Counted from the stretch's first letter, positions 44,761 through 55,110 are shown. The stretch is DNA of 64,000 nucleotides from Acidobacteriota bacterium (GCA_009694735.1 SHUG01000004.1:6888-70887); one strand, 5' to 3'. Translations and numbers: made by a program. Notes: generated from the sequence alone by a model not told the origin.

Positions 44761-45428
44761 CGATCAGCGCACTTGGCGTTGCTATAGCCAGATCGAAAGG
44801 CCGTGACGATGCCGCTGGCCGCATCGAAGCGGTGGCGCGTGACGCACGCGGTGTCGTTGGCGAGCAGGTGGATGGAGACCGACGGCGTAGCCGAGGCCGT
44901 CTTGACGTAGTGGATGTCGTCGAGCGGCGGCAGCAGCGTGTAAAACTCCCCACGCTTCACCGTCTGCCGGCGCGCCACTTCGAGTTGGGCCTTCGCTTCA
45001 TCGGCGCCATCGTCCAGGCGGCGATAGACGGTTTCGTCCTGCACGCCGCGATAGACACCGATCAGTCCCCACGCGAGGTGATCGTGAATGGGTGTCTCGG
45101 CGCCGGCAGGAATCACCAGTGAGAACAGGCAGAGGGATCCGTCCTCGGCTCGATAGAGCGCGTACTGCCCGATGCCGCCGCCCATGCCGCTCGTGAGATC
45201 GGGCTCGCTGTACTCCTTCGGGAGCCAGCCGTCGGCGGAGAGCAGCTTGCTGAAGGCCGGCCGCAGCGCCTCAACGCGCGCGGACGGGTCGGCAATCTCG
45301 CGCATGAGGCGTTGGGTCTCGTTGATGAGATCGCGAATCTCCGGGGTATCCACGATGAACCCGTAGTCTTTCGAGTGGCCTGCCCCGAGCGAAGTCGAGG
45401 GGTGATCGTGTCGGCCGAAGTCGCACAT
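44751..45428 (-). CDS. cysteine dioxygenase-family thiol dioxygenase (cupin)
   Basis: TPIHDHLAWG, DIH, SIHL; ATG 45428 (the track ORF is over-extended). Confidence 0.85.
   Translation of the reverse strand: MCDFGRHDHPSTSLGAGHSKDYGFIVDTPEIRDLINETQRLMREIADPSARVEALRPAFSKLLSADGWLPKEYSEPDLTSGMGGGIGQYALYRAEDGSLCLFSLVIPAGAETPIHDHLAWGLIGVYRGVQDETVYRRLDDGADEAKAQLEVARRQTVKRGEFYTLLPPLDDIHYVKTASATPSVSIHLLANDTACVTRHRFDAASGIVTAFRSGYSNAKCADRLP
45379..45402 (-). repeat. intragenic CCCYTCGAC...GCTCRGGG element
   Basis: Minus strand cccctcgacttcgctcggggcagg, encoding PSTSLGAG near the dioxygenase N-terminus. Confidence 0.75.
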
Positions 45429-45489
45429 GGTTGGGGGATTATCTCCCGGCTGGCTCCGAATGGTCCACTCGCTGAACGTCAGGGAACAG

Positions 45490-45741
45490 TCACGGCGCGT
45501 CCAGGACGGCTTCTGCGCTGATAACCCTGGCGACTTCGCGACCAAGCCGCAGGTGCTGCTCCGCATCGAGGTGCACCCCATCGACGATGCTGGCCGTCGT
45601 TACTCCTCTGGCCTCCAAGAAGTGGCAACGCAGCTCAGTGGCCACGCGCCGATACGCTTCCGCGAGTCCGACGCACTTGTCGCTCGCGCCTTCAAACTTC
45701 TCGGCGATGAGCCCTCTGGCTGTCTCAATGGGAGGCGGCGC
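45490..45741 (-). pseudogene. C-terminal remnant of an SGNH/GDSL hydrolase
   Basis: Manual translation APPPIETARGLIAEKFEGA...LAEAYRRVATELRCHFLEA...SIVDGVHLDAEQHLRLG...*; block V DGVH present, no start or GDS motif. Confidence 0.75.
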
Positions 45742-45770
45742 GCCCGCCGGAACCGACAGGGCAAAGAAAA

Positions 45771-45855
45771 GGCCGGGACTGAAGTCCCGGCCCCACGAAC
45801 TTGGACAAACCTAAAGGTTTGTCCCCACTGTTATCCGGCTAAAGCCGGATGCCAC
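45771..45855 (-). repeat. three tandem GTGG-foot REP variants; the last also looks like a terminator
   Basis: 45833-45855, 45803-45828 and 45771-45796 have different stems and the same CT-TY-AG loop; TTTTCTTT follows on the minus strand. Confidence 0.85.
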
Positions 45856-45856
45856 A

Positions 45857-48800
45857 TCAGCCGCCGAGTTTCTTGAGCTGCGCCTCGAGCGACGCCAGCT
45901 CCTTCACCAGGTCGGTGTAGCGGTCGTAGGCATCCTTGCCGACCTTTTGATCCGCCTGCGTGATCATGCGCGTCACGTTGTTCAACTGCGTGATCAGCAT
46001 GCCCTGCGTGTAGATGCCTGGCGTGTCGACGACCTTGGCGTAGAGCGCCTGGAGTTCGTTATCGTACTTGGTGGTGCTCGGCGATGAGCCGGGCGCTCCG
46101 GCCGCCAGCTGCGGCTTCTGGCCGGCCTTCTGCATCGTCTGCTCGATGCTTTGCTGCAGCTTGCGCGCATCACTAATCGCATCGCGGACCTGCAGTTGGA
46201 ACTTGACCTGCTCCGCGATGTCGCCGTCGGTAACGCCGTCGCCCGCGACGCGCGGGTCAGACCTGAGGTCGAACGTGCGCGTGATGGTCTGGCCACCAGC
46301 GGTCAAGCGCACGCTGTATTTCCCGGGCGGCACCATCGGACCACCGAAGCCGCCGTCTGGCGTGTTTGCGGCCCACGGGCCGGGATAGCGCAGGTCCCAC
46401 GAGATGCGCTGCATGCCGGCCTCAGCGCGGATGCCTGGCGTGCTGCCACCGCCGCCCCGGAAGGGACCGCGCATGTCCTGCGCACCCACGCCGGCGCTGC
46501 GTGGTGCCAGCACGCTCCAGGCCCTCAGCGCTCCGCCACGGGCATCCAGCACCTCGAGCTTGGTCTCGGCGCCTGGCGCGTTGGCGAAGTAGACGTCAAA
46601 CTGCGCGCCGGTCATCGGATACTCCGGCTCGTTCGGGGAGGCCGGGGCCGTGCCGTTGCGGAAGCGGATGACTTCGCGCGGCTGGAACAGCGCCACGGCG
46701 GGCAGCGAGCTGCGAGTGGCCTGCTCGACGGTCCGGCTGAAGCCGGACGCTACATTGGCACCACCATCATGGCCGCCGGTCGCGGTTGGTGCCGCGTTGG
46801 CGAGCGCAGCCAACTGCTGCAGCGGCGTGATGTTGTCCATGATGTACGCCGACCGGCCCATCGTCGAGATCACCAGATCGTTGCGGTGGACCTTGATGTC
46901 GGTGACCGGCGTGGCCGGCAGGTTCTGCTGCAGCGGCTGCCAGTTCTTGCCGCCGTTGAACGAGACGAAGAAGCCGAACTCGGTGCCGGCGTAGAGCAGG
47001 CCAGCCTGCTTCGGATCCTCACGGATCACACGGGTTGGGTGATCGATCGGCAGGCCGTTCTTGCCGTCGGTGAGCAGCGTCCACGATTCGCCGTAGTTGT
47101 CGGTGCGATAAATGTATGGCCTGAGGTCGTGCTCGCGCATGAAGCGATAGCCGGCAATGTAGGCGCGGCCCTTCATGTGGGGCGAATCCTCCACGGTCTG
47201 GATGCGCGCGCCGACCAGCTCCTTCGGCGTCACGTTCTTCCAGGTCTTGCCGTTGTCGCGCGTCACGCTGACCGGGCCGTCGTTGGCGCCGACCCAGATC
47301 ACGCCCTTCTCGAGCCGCGATTCGATCATCGAGTAGATCGTCGAGTAGACCTCTTCACCCGTCACGTCGCGCGTGATCGGGTTGCCTGAGACAATTTGAT
47401 ATTGCGGCTCTTTCGCCGTGAGGTCGGGGCTGATGACATCCCAGGTCACGCCCTCGTCGATCGAGCGGTGCAGCACGTGCGAGGCCTGGTAGATGACGCG
47501 CTCGTCATGCGGCGACACGTAGACCACGGTCTGGCGCGGGAAGCGGTACTTGATCTCGTCCGGATCGTGGCCGTAGCGGTTCTGCGGGTAGACCCAGTAG
47601 TGCTTCTCCTGGCCAGTGACGGTGTTGTAGCGGCCGACTTCGCCCTTGCAGGCGCCCCACACGACCAGGCCGTTCTTCTTCGGCCAAAGCTGTCCGGTCT
47701 CGCACCCCGAGGCCTGCTGCCACGCCTGGGCCGGATGCTCGAAGCCCCATGACACCGGCGGAATGCTCGGGATGATCAGCGTGCTGTTGTCCTGCTGCGG
47801 CATGTAGAGGCGATAGGGATACTGCTCGTCCACCGCCACCATGTAGTACTCGGCCGTCGGCTGGTTGAGGATCGACGACCAGCTCTTGCCGCCGTTGAGG
47901 CTGACGTTGGCGCCGCCGTCGTTCACTTGCAGGATGATGCTCGGGTTGTCGGGGTTGAACCACATGCCGTGGTTGTCGCCGTGCGGGTTGTCGATCGAGA
48001 CGAACGTCTTGCCGCCGTCGGTCGACTTCTGCAGGCCGAGCTCGTTCACCCACACTTCGTTCTCGTTCTTGGGGTTCACGTTGACGTAGTGAAAGTAGAA
48101 CGGCCGCGCACGCAAGCGCTGGCTGCTGTTGATGTTGGTCCACGTCTCGCCGGCATCGTTTGAGCGGTAGAGGCCGCCCTGGTTGCCGAGTGCTTCAACC
48201 ATGGCGTAGAGCACGCGCGGGTTGCTGCGCGCGATCTCGATGTCGATCTTGCCGATCAGGTCCTTGGGCAGGCCGCTCGTGATGTGCTTCCAGGTCTCGC
48301 CGCCGTCGATGGACTTGTAGATGCCGCCTTCGCTGGCCGGGCCGCCGCTGACGATGTCCCACCCCTTGCGGAAGCCCTTGTACATCGCCGCGTAGAGAAT
48401 GTCCGGGTTCTCCCAGTCGACCTCGATGTCGCGACCGCCGGTCTCGTTATTCACGAACAGCGTCTTCTTCCAGGTCTTGCCGCCGTCAGTGGTTTTAAAG
48501 ATGCCGCGTTGGTCGTTGGGACCAAACGGCGAGCCGAGCGCCGCCAGCCACACCGTGGTGGTGCTGAACGGATGCACCTTGATGGCGCCGATCTGCCCGG
48601 AGTCCTTCAGGCCCATGAACTCCCACTTCTTGCCGGCGTCGGTCGACTTGTAAACGCCGCGCCCGATGATCACGTTCGAGCGGATGGCCGCACTGCCGGT
48701 GCCGACCCAGACATGGTTCGGGTTCGAGGGCGCCACGTCGATCGAGCCAATCGATCCGGTCGCGATCTGGCCGTCGCTGATGGGCACCCACGTAATACCC

Positions 48801-49060
48801 GCATCGTCGGTCTTCCAGACGCCTCCGCCGACACCACCGAAGTAGAAGGTGTGGGGCTGCTGCCGCACGCCGGAATACGCGGTCACCCGTCCGCCCCGCG
48901 TGGCGCCGACGTTGCGCCACTTCAGATCCTTGTAGGCATTGAGCGGAACGATCTGGTTGGCGTCACCCTGGGCGATGACCTGGGGTGCCGAGCCGGATGA
49001 GAAGACCAGGGCAGACAGCGCGAGCGCGCTGATCGAACGAGCAAGCTTCGAATACTTCAT
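45857..49060 (-). CDS. exported VPS10/BNR repeat protein
   Basis: ATG 49060, signal peptide, RGGRV, many S.DGG.TW boxes, HGDNH, QQDN. Confidence 0.88.
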   Translation of the reverse strand: MKYSKLARSISALALSALVFSSGSAPQVIAQGDANQIVPLNAYKDLKWRNVGATRGGRVTAYSGVRQQPHTFYFGGVGGGVWKTDDAGITWVPISDGQIATGSIGSIDVAPSNPNHVWVGTGSAAIRSNVIIGRGVYKSTDAGKKWEFMGLKDSGQIGAIKVHPFSTTTVWLAALGSPFGPNDQRGIFKTTDGGKTWKKTLFVNNETGGRDIEVDWENPDILYAAMYKGFRKGWDIVSGGPASEGGIYKSIDGGETWKHITSGLPKDLIGKIDIEIARSNPRVLYAMVEALGNQGGLYRSNDAGETWTNINSSQRLRARPFYFHYVNVNPKNENEVWVNELGLQKSTDGGKTFVSIDNPHGDNHGMWFNPDNPSIILQVNDGGANVSLNGGKSWSSILNQPTAEYYMVAVDEQYPYRLYMPQQDNSTLIIPSIPPVSWGFEHPAQAWQQASGCETGQLWPKKNGLVVWGACKGEVGRYNTVTGQEKHYWVYPQNRYGHDPDEIKYRFPRQTVVYVSPHDERVIYQASHVLHRSIDEGVTWDVISPDLTAKEPQYQIVSGNPITRDVTGEEVYSTIYSMIESRLEKGVIWVGANDGPVSVTRDNGKTWKNVTPKELVGARIQTVEDSPHMKGRAYIAGYRFMREHDLRPYIYRTDNYGESWTLLTDGKNGLPIDHPTRVIREDPKQAGLLYAGTEFGFFVSFNGGKNWQPLQQNLPATPVTDIKVHRNDLVISTMGRSAYIMDNITPLQQLAALANAAPTATGGHDGGANVASGFSRTVEQATRSSLPAVALFQPREVIRFRNGTAPASPNEPEYPMTGAQFDVYFANAPGAETKLEVLDARGGALRAWSVLAPRSAGVGAQDMRGPFRGGGGSTPGIRAEAGMQRISWDLRYPGPWAANTPDGGFGGPMVPPGKYSVRLTAGGQTITRTFDLRSDPRVAGDGVTDGDIAEQVKFQLQVRDAISDARKLQQSIEQTMQKAGQKPQLAAGAPGSSPSTTKYDNELQALYAKVVDTPGIYTQGMLITQLNNVTRMITQADQKVGKDAYDRYTDLVKELASLEAQLKKLGG
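46731..46753 (-). repeat. intragenic GTAG REP
   Basis: gtagcgtccggcttcagccggac, read in frame as VASGFSRT. Confidence 0.88.
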
Positions 49061-49102
49061 GGGACAAACCTTGGCTGCAAACGGGACGGGAAGAGTATAT
49101 CC

Positions 49103-49123
49103 GGGCTCGGCGCCGAGCCCTAC
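49103..49123 (-). repeat. GTAG-footed palindrome overlapping the ubiX stop
   Basis: Minus strand gta-gggctcggc-gccgagccc. Confidence 0.5.
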
Positions 49124-49716
49124 GAGCGCAGCGAGCCTCCCCCGAGTCCGCCCCATCTCGACGCATCGACGTGAATCCCCAACTGGTCGAGCAGCCGGAC
49201 ACAGGTGTAATTCACCATTTCGTCGATGGTGGCCGGCCGGCTGTAGAACGCCGGCATCGGCGGTGCGATCACCACACCCATCCGCGAGAGCTTCAGCATG
49301 TTCTCAAGATGAATCTCGCTGAGCGGCGATTCCCGTACCGCGAGCACCAGCTTGCGGCGCTCCTTGAGAATGACGTCGGCGGCGCGGTGGATGAGGTTGT
49401 CGCCGAGGCCGTGCGCGATCGCCGCGAGAGTGCGCACGCTGCAGGGCGCAATCACCATCCCCATGGTCACGAACGATCCGCTTGAAATAGCTGCGCCCTG
49501 ATCGGTGAGCGGGTGCACAACCGTGGCCAGCGCGTTCACCTGCTCTGGGCTGTAACTGGTCTCGTGCACCAGGGTGCGCGCGCCCCACCGGCTCATGATC
49601 AGGTGTGTCTCGATGCCGGAGCCCTGCAGCATTTCCAATAGCCGCACGCCGAAAATCGAGCCGCTGGCACCCGTGATGCCCACGATCAGCCGTCGAGGAG
49701 GGTCAGTCGTCTGCAT
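49120..49716 (-). CDS. ubiX: flavin prenyltransferase UbiX
   Basis: GITGASG, ISSGS, APCS, RAADVILKERR, RESP, PAFY. Confidence 0.95.
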   Translation of the reverse strand: MQTTDPPRRLIVGITGASGSIFGVRLLEMLQGSGIETHLIMSRWGARTLVHETSYSPEQVNALATVVHPLTDQGAAISSGSFVTMGMVIAPCSVRTLAAIAHGLGDNLIHRAADVILKERRKLVLAVRESPLSEIHLENMLKLSRMGVVIAPPMPAFYSRPATIDEMVNYTCVRLLDQLGIHVDASRWGGLGGGSLRS

Positions 49717-49788
49717 TGTTTACGTCGCTGTAGCAAATGTAACACTCGTGTAACCCACTCGCCCAAGGCTTCAGGCACTATATCGTCA

Positions 49789-50919
49789 GTGATTCGACAC
49801 ACCCTGATTGCCGTCATCCTGCTGGCCTGCGTCAACACGGTGCCGGCCTTGGCCCAGTCGCAGGGTCCGGCTGAAGCCGGACGCTACATCGAACAACCCG
49901 TGCCGACGGCCACCGGCCAAACCACGCCGCCCGCCAAGCCGGCCACCGCGCCGCCACCGCCGGCCATTCGGCGTTGGCTCGACGTGCAGCAACTGTCGAT
50001 GGGCGGACGGTTCCGCTGGTACGAGAACAGCGCAGGACGGCTGATCTCTTCGACGCTGCAATGGCAGCCGCAGATTCGCGCGCGGTTCCTGTTCGACCAG
50101 GCGGCGAAATACAGCGTCAACGGCTTCGCGTCGAGTGGCGCCACGTTCCCTTCGAGTTGGAATAACACCGGCGGCGGCATCGGCCTCTACACCCATCCGT
50201 TCAACCTGAAGCAGTTGTTTGCCCAGGCCGAACCCGTGAAGGGCCTGGAGTTTCAGGCCGGTGGCCTGCACCTGAATCGCGGGGAGAACTCCGAGAATCT
50301 CTCCTACGCCACCGCCGCCTACATCGTCGGCGAGCGCGTCGCCGTGCGGCCGGCAAAAGGCCGGATCGCGCAGGTGTCGTTCACCGCCGCCTACTTCGGC
50401 GACTACCGCCAGCCGAACCTGTTCAAGCGGTTCCACCGGCTGAACGAGTGGAACTACGGGCAAGCCCTGGTCGGCGTTCGGGTCTCGCCTCGCGTCAACG
50501 CGTCGGCGGAATATACCTACGAGGATCGGCGCGACATCCTGCGCCAGGCGGTGACCATCCGTCCGCCGGAGTCGTTGAAGAAAATAACCTCGGTTAAGGT
50601 CGAGACCTATCAGCGTATCGCACCCGACCGCGGCTACGGGTTCAACACCTCGGCGGACCTGCGGCTCACCCCTCGCCTGGTCGTGACCGGTGGCGTGATG
50701 TCAGTCGACAAGAATTACGGCCCGTTCAACGGCGACCGCTACGAAACCGGGAATCGCTGGTACACCATCGGGACGTTTACCGTGACGCGCGATGTGACGG
50801 TCAGCTGGTTTCAGACCGAGGCCTTCGCCACGGACTTCCCGATCACCCTGACGCACCGGTTCGACTTGTTGATCGCGTATAACCCGACCGCCAGCCTCAA
50901 GCGCGCTGGAAGTGTCTGA
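49789..50919 (+). CDS. putative outer-membrane beta-barrel protein
   Basis: Signal peptide, Pro-rich linker, alternating aromatic/hydrophobic beta-strands. Confidence 0.65.
   Translation: MIRHTLIAVILLACVNTVPALAQSQGPAEAGRYIEQPVPTATGQTTPPAKPATAPPPPAIRRWLDVQQLSMGGRFRWYENSAGRLISSTLQWQPQIRARFLFDQAAKYSVNGFASSGATFPSSWNNTGGGIGLYTHPFNLKQLFAQAEPVKGLEFQAGGLHLNRGENSENLSYATAAYIVGERVAVRPAKGRIAQVSFTAAYFGDYRQPNLFKRFHRLNEWNYGQALVGVRVSPRVNASAEYTYEDRRDILRQAVTIRPPESLKKITSVKVETYQRIAPDRGYGFNTSADLRLTPRLVVTGGVMSVDKNYGPFNGDRYETGNRWYTIGTFTVTRDVTVSWFQTEAFATDFPITLTHRFDLLIAYNPTASLKRAGSV
49865..49887 (-). repeat. intragenic GTAG REP (antisense to the host gene)
   Basis: gtccggctgaagccggacgctac, identical to 46731-46753; read as GPAEAGRY. 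Confidence 0.88.
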
Positions 50920-52126
50920 TCAGCAGGAACACGATCATCGAGGTCGCCAGCGATGGCAGCGTCGCACCAATCGGCGCGGCGAGCTTGTAGACAACGAAGC
51001 CGAGAATCCACGCGGCCAGGCCAGCGATGGTGAAGGCCGGCATCAGCTCGGTCTTGTAGATTGCTGCCACATCCACCTTCGCGCGCAGCACGACGAAGTG
51101 CGCGAGGAAGATGCCGCCCACCGGCACCAGCACCGACCCCAGCAGCACCATCAAGTCGGCAAATCGTGTCAGCCACACCGACGAGATCAGGCCGAGCGCG
51201 GTCCCGATCAGGCCAATCACCCACACCGACCCGGCGCCGGTCGAGCGTGGCGCGAGCGTCCGCCACGCCAGTGACGACAGGTAGATGTTGACGAAGTTCG
51301 TCGTCACCGTTGCCAGCACCACCAGCACCGCCGCCCACCAGCCGACACCCGCCGCCGCCAACATGGCGCCAGGGTCATCGCTGCCCGCGATGCGGGCCAG
51401 GTTCCAGCCGACCGGCATCAGCCAGAGCGCGGGGATGGCGAGCCCGGCGAACACCGCGGTCGCCCCCGCGCGGGCGGAACGCGTGTAGCGGGAGTAGTCG
51501 GCGAACATCAGCAACCACGACACCTGGTAGCCGATCACCACGTCGATGCCCCAGAGCAAAGGCGGTGGCGGTTGTCCACTCGCCATCTCGACGCTCGGTG
51601 GCAGGGTGAAGGCGGCCCAGGTCAGCACCGATCCCGCGATCACCATGAGCGGCACGGCAATGCGGTCGGCGAGTCCAACCGCGCGCGGCCCTCGCGCCAC
51701 GATTACCGTGGCGAGCACGCCCAGCAGTGCCGCCCAGATGCGGGCGCTCGATTCGCCGCCGAGCAACTGGGCGCAGACCGATGCGGCAATGGTGTTGTTC
51801 ACCGCGATCCAGGCGAAGTTGGTCAGGTAGAGCAAGCCCGACACCAACTGCGCGCCACGCAACCCGAGCGGCGCCCGTGCGGCAATCATCGACGGCACGC
51901 CGAAGCGCGAGCCGACCGGTGCCAGTAGCGCCACCAGCAGAGAGCCAAACACCGCGCCGGCAAGGACCAGGATGATCGCGTCGGTGCTGCCATAACGCGA
52001 CGCAAGCACCGCGCCGGTTTGCAGCGTGGTTGCCACGACGTTGGCGGCAGCAAAGATCAGGAACAGGTCGAACGCCGGCTGCGTGCGTTGGGACTCAGGA
52101 ATGGGCGAGAGGTCCGCGGCATCCAT
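50897..52126 (-). CDS. NCS1 family (cytosine/purine/HMP) permease
   Basis: Highly hydrophobic; LSPIPESQRT, SWLLMFADYSRY, TTNFVNIY. Confidence 0.87.
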   Translation of the reverse strand: MDAADLSPIPESQRTQPAFDLFLIFAAANVVATTLQTGAVLASRYGSTDAIILVLAGAVFGSLLVALLAPVGSRFGVPSMIAARAPLGLRGAQLVSGLLYLTNFAWIAVNNTIAASVCAQLLGGESSARIWAALLGVLATVIVARGPRAVGLADRIAVPLMVIAGSVLTWAAFTLPPSVEMASGQPPPPLLWGIDVVIGYQVSWLLMFADYSRYTRSARAGATAVFAGLAIPALWLMPVGWNLARIAGSDDPGAMLAAAGVGWWAAVLVVLATVTTNFVNIYLSSLAWRTLAPRSTGAGSVWVIGLIGTALGLISSVWLTRFADLMVLLGSVLVPVGGIFLAHFVVLRAKVDVAAIYKTELMPAFTIAGLAAWILGFVVYKLAAPIGATLPSLATSMIVFLLIRHFQRA

Positions 52127-52242
52127 GGCAGGGGCGAAAAGTATACCGCCACGCTATGGACGTAACGATTACGCAAACACTCGCACTGACTTTCTGTTAA
52201 CCTCACCGGAAAACCGGGTTTCATACCGAGATCGGGTAGGGA

Positions 52243-55110
52243 ATGACCATGATCTTGACAGCATTCAGACTTGTCTTAGCGGCCGGCGTCATTCTGTTCG
52301 CGGCGGTACCGGCCACCTCTCAATCAACCACCGGGACCATCACGGGTCGGGCTCTGGACACCAGTGGTGGACTGCTTCCCGGCGTTGATGTCAGCATCGC
52401 CAGCCCGGCGATGATCGGCGGACCGCGCCAGGCGGTGACCGACTCGCTCGGCACCTTCCGCTTTGGCCAGTTGCCGCCTGGCACCTACCAGGTCAAATTT
52501 CAGCTGCCCAGTTTTCGCGCGCTGGCCGTCGACGGCGTAGTCGTCAACGCCGGCGCGACGGCGACCGTCAATGCACCGCTGCAACTCGATACGCTCGCCG
52601 AGTCGATCACCGTCACGAGCTCCACGCCGACCATCGACCTGCAATCGACCACGGTCGGTGTCAACTGGACCGCGGAGCAGATGGAGAACCTGCCCTACGG
52701 CCGCGGTATTCGCGGCCTGGCGCGCCTGGTACCAGGCCTGTCGCCGACGCAGTTCGACGTCGGCGGCAACACCGTGGGCGGTTCCACCACCACCGGCGCG
52801 CGGTCGTACGGCCGCGCCGGCGGCGAGTTGATCAAGTTCGACGGCGTGGTCTGGGACCAGTTCTTCGGTGACTACAACACCTACGATCAGGTCTCGGTCT
52901 CGGGCGCGGCCAAGGGGGCCGAGTCGCAGAGCCCGGGCGCCACGCTCAGCTTCGTCGTCAAGTCGGGCAGCAACAAGTTCGCCGGCGCCTACCTGTTGGC
53001 GTGGCAGGACGGCGCGTTTCAGGGCAACAACGTTACCGATTCACTCAGGCAGCAAGGCTTCAACCCGGGGAACAACAAGTTCACCCGCTACAACGATGTC
53101 AGCCTCGACCTCGGTGGTCCCATCGTGCGCGACAAGTTGTGGTTCTACGCCGCGTACGGCTACAACTACTCCGGCTTGTTGATTCCCGGCTTCGTCTCCG
53201 TGAAGAACAACGAGCAGGTGGAGTATTTCACGCGTCTCGACAACCCGACGCTGAAGCTCACCTACCAGTTGTCGAAGAACAACAAGCTGGAGCTGACCGA
53301 GCAGGTCAATCGCAAGTGGCAGCCCTACCGCAACGCCAGCGCGTTCCTGCCGCTGGAAGCGACGCAGAATCAGGTGGCGTGGACCCAGATCGGACCGGCC
53401 CTCAAGTTCACGCGCATCATGAGCCAGAGCATGACGTTCGACGCCAGTTTCAATCGCTCCGGCTACTGGTGGCCCGACTATGCCTGGACCGACGACGTCA
53501 GGCGAACGGATCTCACGACCACGCACACCCGCGGGGCGTTCCTGGAAGTGAAACGCGAGCCGGTGCGCTGGGGATGGAACGGCACCTGGTCGCTCTATCG
53601 CACCATTGGCAAGATGAACCACGAGCTCAAGTCAGGCGTGCTCGGCTATAGCAGTACCAACTACGTGGAAGCCTACGGCTATCCCAACCAGCAGTTCTAT
53701 CGCTATCGGAGCCTGCCCGGCGACACCGACTTCTTCCTCCGTCCCGACTCGGTGCAAGTGTTCGAGTACCCCAACAACACCAACGCCGGTATTCGCTACA
53801 ACTCCTGGTACGCCAATGACAGCGTCAACCTCACGCGCCAGTTGACGCTGAATGCCGGTGTGCGATTCGACCGCTACTCGTCGTGGCTCCCCGAGCAGGG
53901 GAACCCCGGCACGGGTCCATTCGCCCGCGCGATTACCTATCCCGAGAACACGGCGTTTCCAACCTACAACGCGTGGTCGCCCCGTCTCTCGATGGTCTAC
54001 GACATCACGGGATCCGGGCGCGTGGCCCTCAAGGCCAGCTACGGTCGGTATGCCGCCAACGGCTCCGGCGTCAACGCGGCTGCCGGGCCGGTGGCCAACT
54101 CCGTGAATCCGGCCTCCACCTTGATTTCGACCTACACGCGATGGGATGGCCGCATCCCGTATACGCCGATCGCCGCCGATCTGACCGGCGTGACGGGTCA
54201 GAGCCGCGACAGCCGCCTCGATCCCTCCTTGAAGGGCGAGTACCTCGACGAATACACCGGGGGCGTCGACCTCGGCTTCGGCCGCGACATGTCGGTTCGC
54301 TTCAACGTCGTCCGCAAGGGCGACTATCGCGGCAGCAAGGAACTGAATGTGGCCCTGCCCTTCGAAGCCTTCACAGATCTGGTGACCGGCGTCGACCCCG
54401 GCCGAGACAACGTCGTCGGCACCGCCGACGACGGGATCGTGCAGGTGGCGTCGGTGCCGCGCAGCTACCCCAGGTTCGGGCAGGTGCAGTCGCTGTTCAC
54501 CAACGCGGCACCGGGCGAAGGCGACGACCGCTTCACCGCGTTCGAAACCACGTTCAGCAAGAGTCACACCAACGGCTGGTCGCTGCTGGCGTCGTATCAG
54601 ATCGACAAGCGTGACCTGAAGAACATCGCTCCGCGTAATCCGAACGAGGTCAAGTACGGAGTCGTCTTGGCTGGCACCACGGGAACGTGGGAGCTACCGG
54701 AGACTTACCAGGGCGTGCGCCTCAGCGGCACCGTCAATCTACCGTGGAAGATGCTGGCTGCCTCGACCTTCACGGCCCAGCAGGGCGAGTACTTCAATCG
54801 CGTCGTTCAAGTGCGAAACGCTCTCAACGCGCTGGTCGATGTCACGGTCGAAGGTCACGCCGGCCGCTACGACTGGGTTAAGCTTTCGGACCTCCGGTTG
54901 TCGAAGAGCGTGTCGATCAGGGATGGGCACTCGTTCGAAGCGATGTTCGATGTGTTCAACCTGTTCAACTCGAGCGTGGTGCTGCGCCGCGTCACGACCA
55001 ACGGTCCTAACTACAATAAGCCCCTGTCGACCGGCGGCATCGACGCCGCCTCGGCCAACCCGATTCCCGCGGCACGCGTGTTCCGCATCAGCGGTCGCTA
55101 CCGCTTCTAA
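52243..55110 (+). CDS. Oar-like TonB-dependent receptor with a carboxypeptidase-regulatory-like N-domain
   Basis: G.LPGV, LPPGTY, ESITVT, GGPIVRDKLWFY, LNAGVRFD, C-terminal RYRF. Confidence 0.92.
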   Translation: MTMILTAFRLVLAAGVILFAAVPATSQSTTGTITGRALDTSGGLLPGVDVSIASPAMIGGPRQAVTDSLGTFRFGQLPPGTYQVKFQLPSFRALAVDGVVVNAGATATVNAPLQLDTLAESITVTSSTPTIDLQSTTVGVNWTAEQMENLPYGRGIRGLARLVPGLSPTQFDVGGNTVGGSTTTGARSYGRAGGELIKFDGVVWDQFFGDYNTYDQVSVSGAAKGAESQSPGATLSFVVKSGSNKFAGAYLLAWQDGAFQGNNVTDSLRQQGFNPGNNKFTRYNDVSLDLGGPIVRDKLWFYAAYGYNYSGLLIPGFVSVKNNEQVEYFTRLDNPTLKLTYQLSKNNKLELTEQVNRKWQPYRNASAFLPLEATQNQVAWTQIGPALKFTRIMSQSMTFDASFNRSGYWWPDYAWTDDVRRTDLTTTHTRGAFLEVKREPVRWGWNGTWSLYRTIGKMNHELKSGVLGYSSTNYVEAYGYPNQQFYRYRSLPGDTDFFLRPDSVQVFEYPNNTNAGIRYNSWYANDSVNLTRQLTLNAGVRFDRYSSWLPEQGNPGTGPFARAITYPENTAFPTYNAWSPRLSMVYDITGSGRVALKASYGRYAANGSGVNAAAGPVANSVNPASTLISTYTRWDGRIPYTPIAADLTGVTGQSRDSRLDPSLKGEYLDEYTGGVDLGFGRDMSVRFNVVRKGDYRGSKELNVALPFEAFTDLVTGVDPGRDNVVGTADDGIVQVASVPRSYPRFGQVQSLFTNAAPGEGDDRFTAFETTFSKSHTNGWSLLASYQIDKRDLKNIAPRNPNEVKYGVVLAGTTGTWELPETYQGVRLSGTVNLPWKMLAASTFTAQQGEYFNRVVQVRNALNALVDVTVEGHAGRYDWVKLSDLRLSKSVSIRDGHSFEAMFDVFNLFNSSVVLRRVTTNGPNYNKPLSTGGIDAASANPIPAARVFRISGRYRF

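Noticed and set aside
50897-50919. 23-bp convergent overlap between the beta-barrel and NCS1 genes
   Set aside because: Short tail-to-tail overlaps are common; nothing suggests a special function
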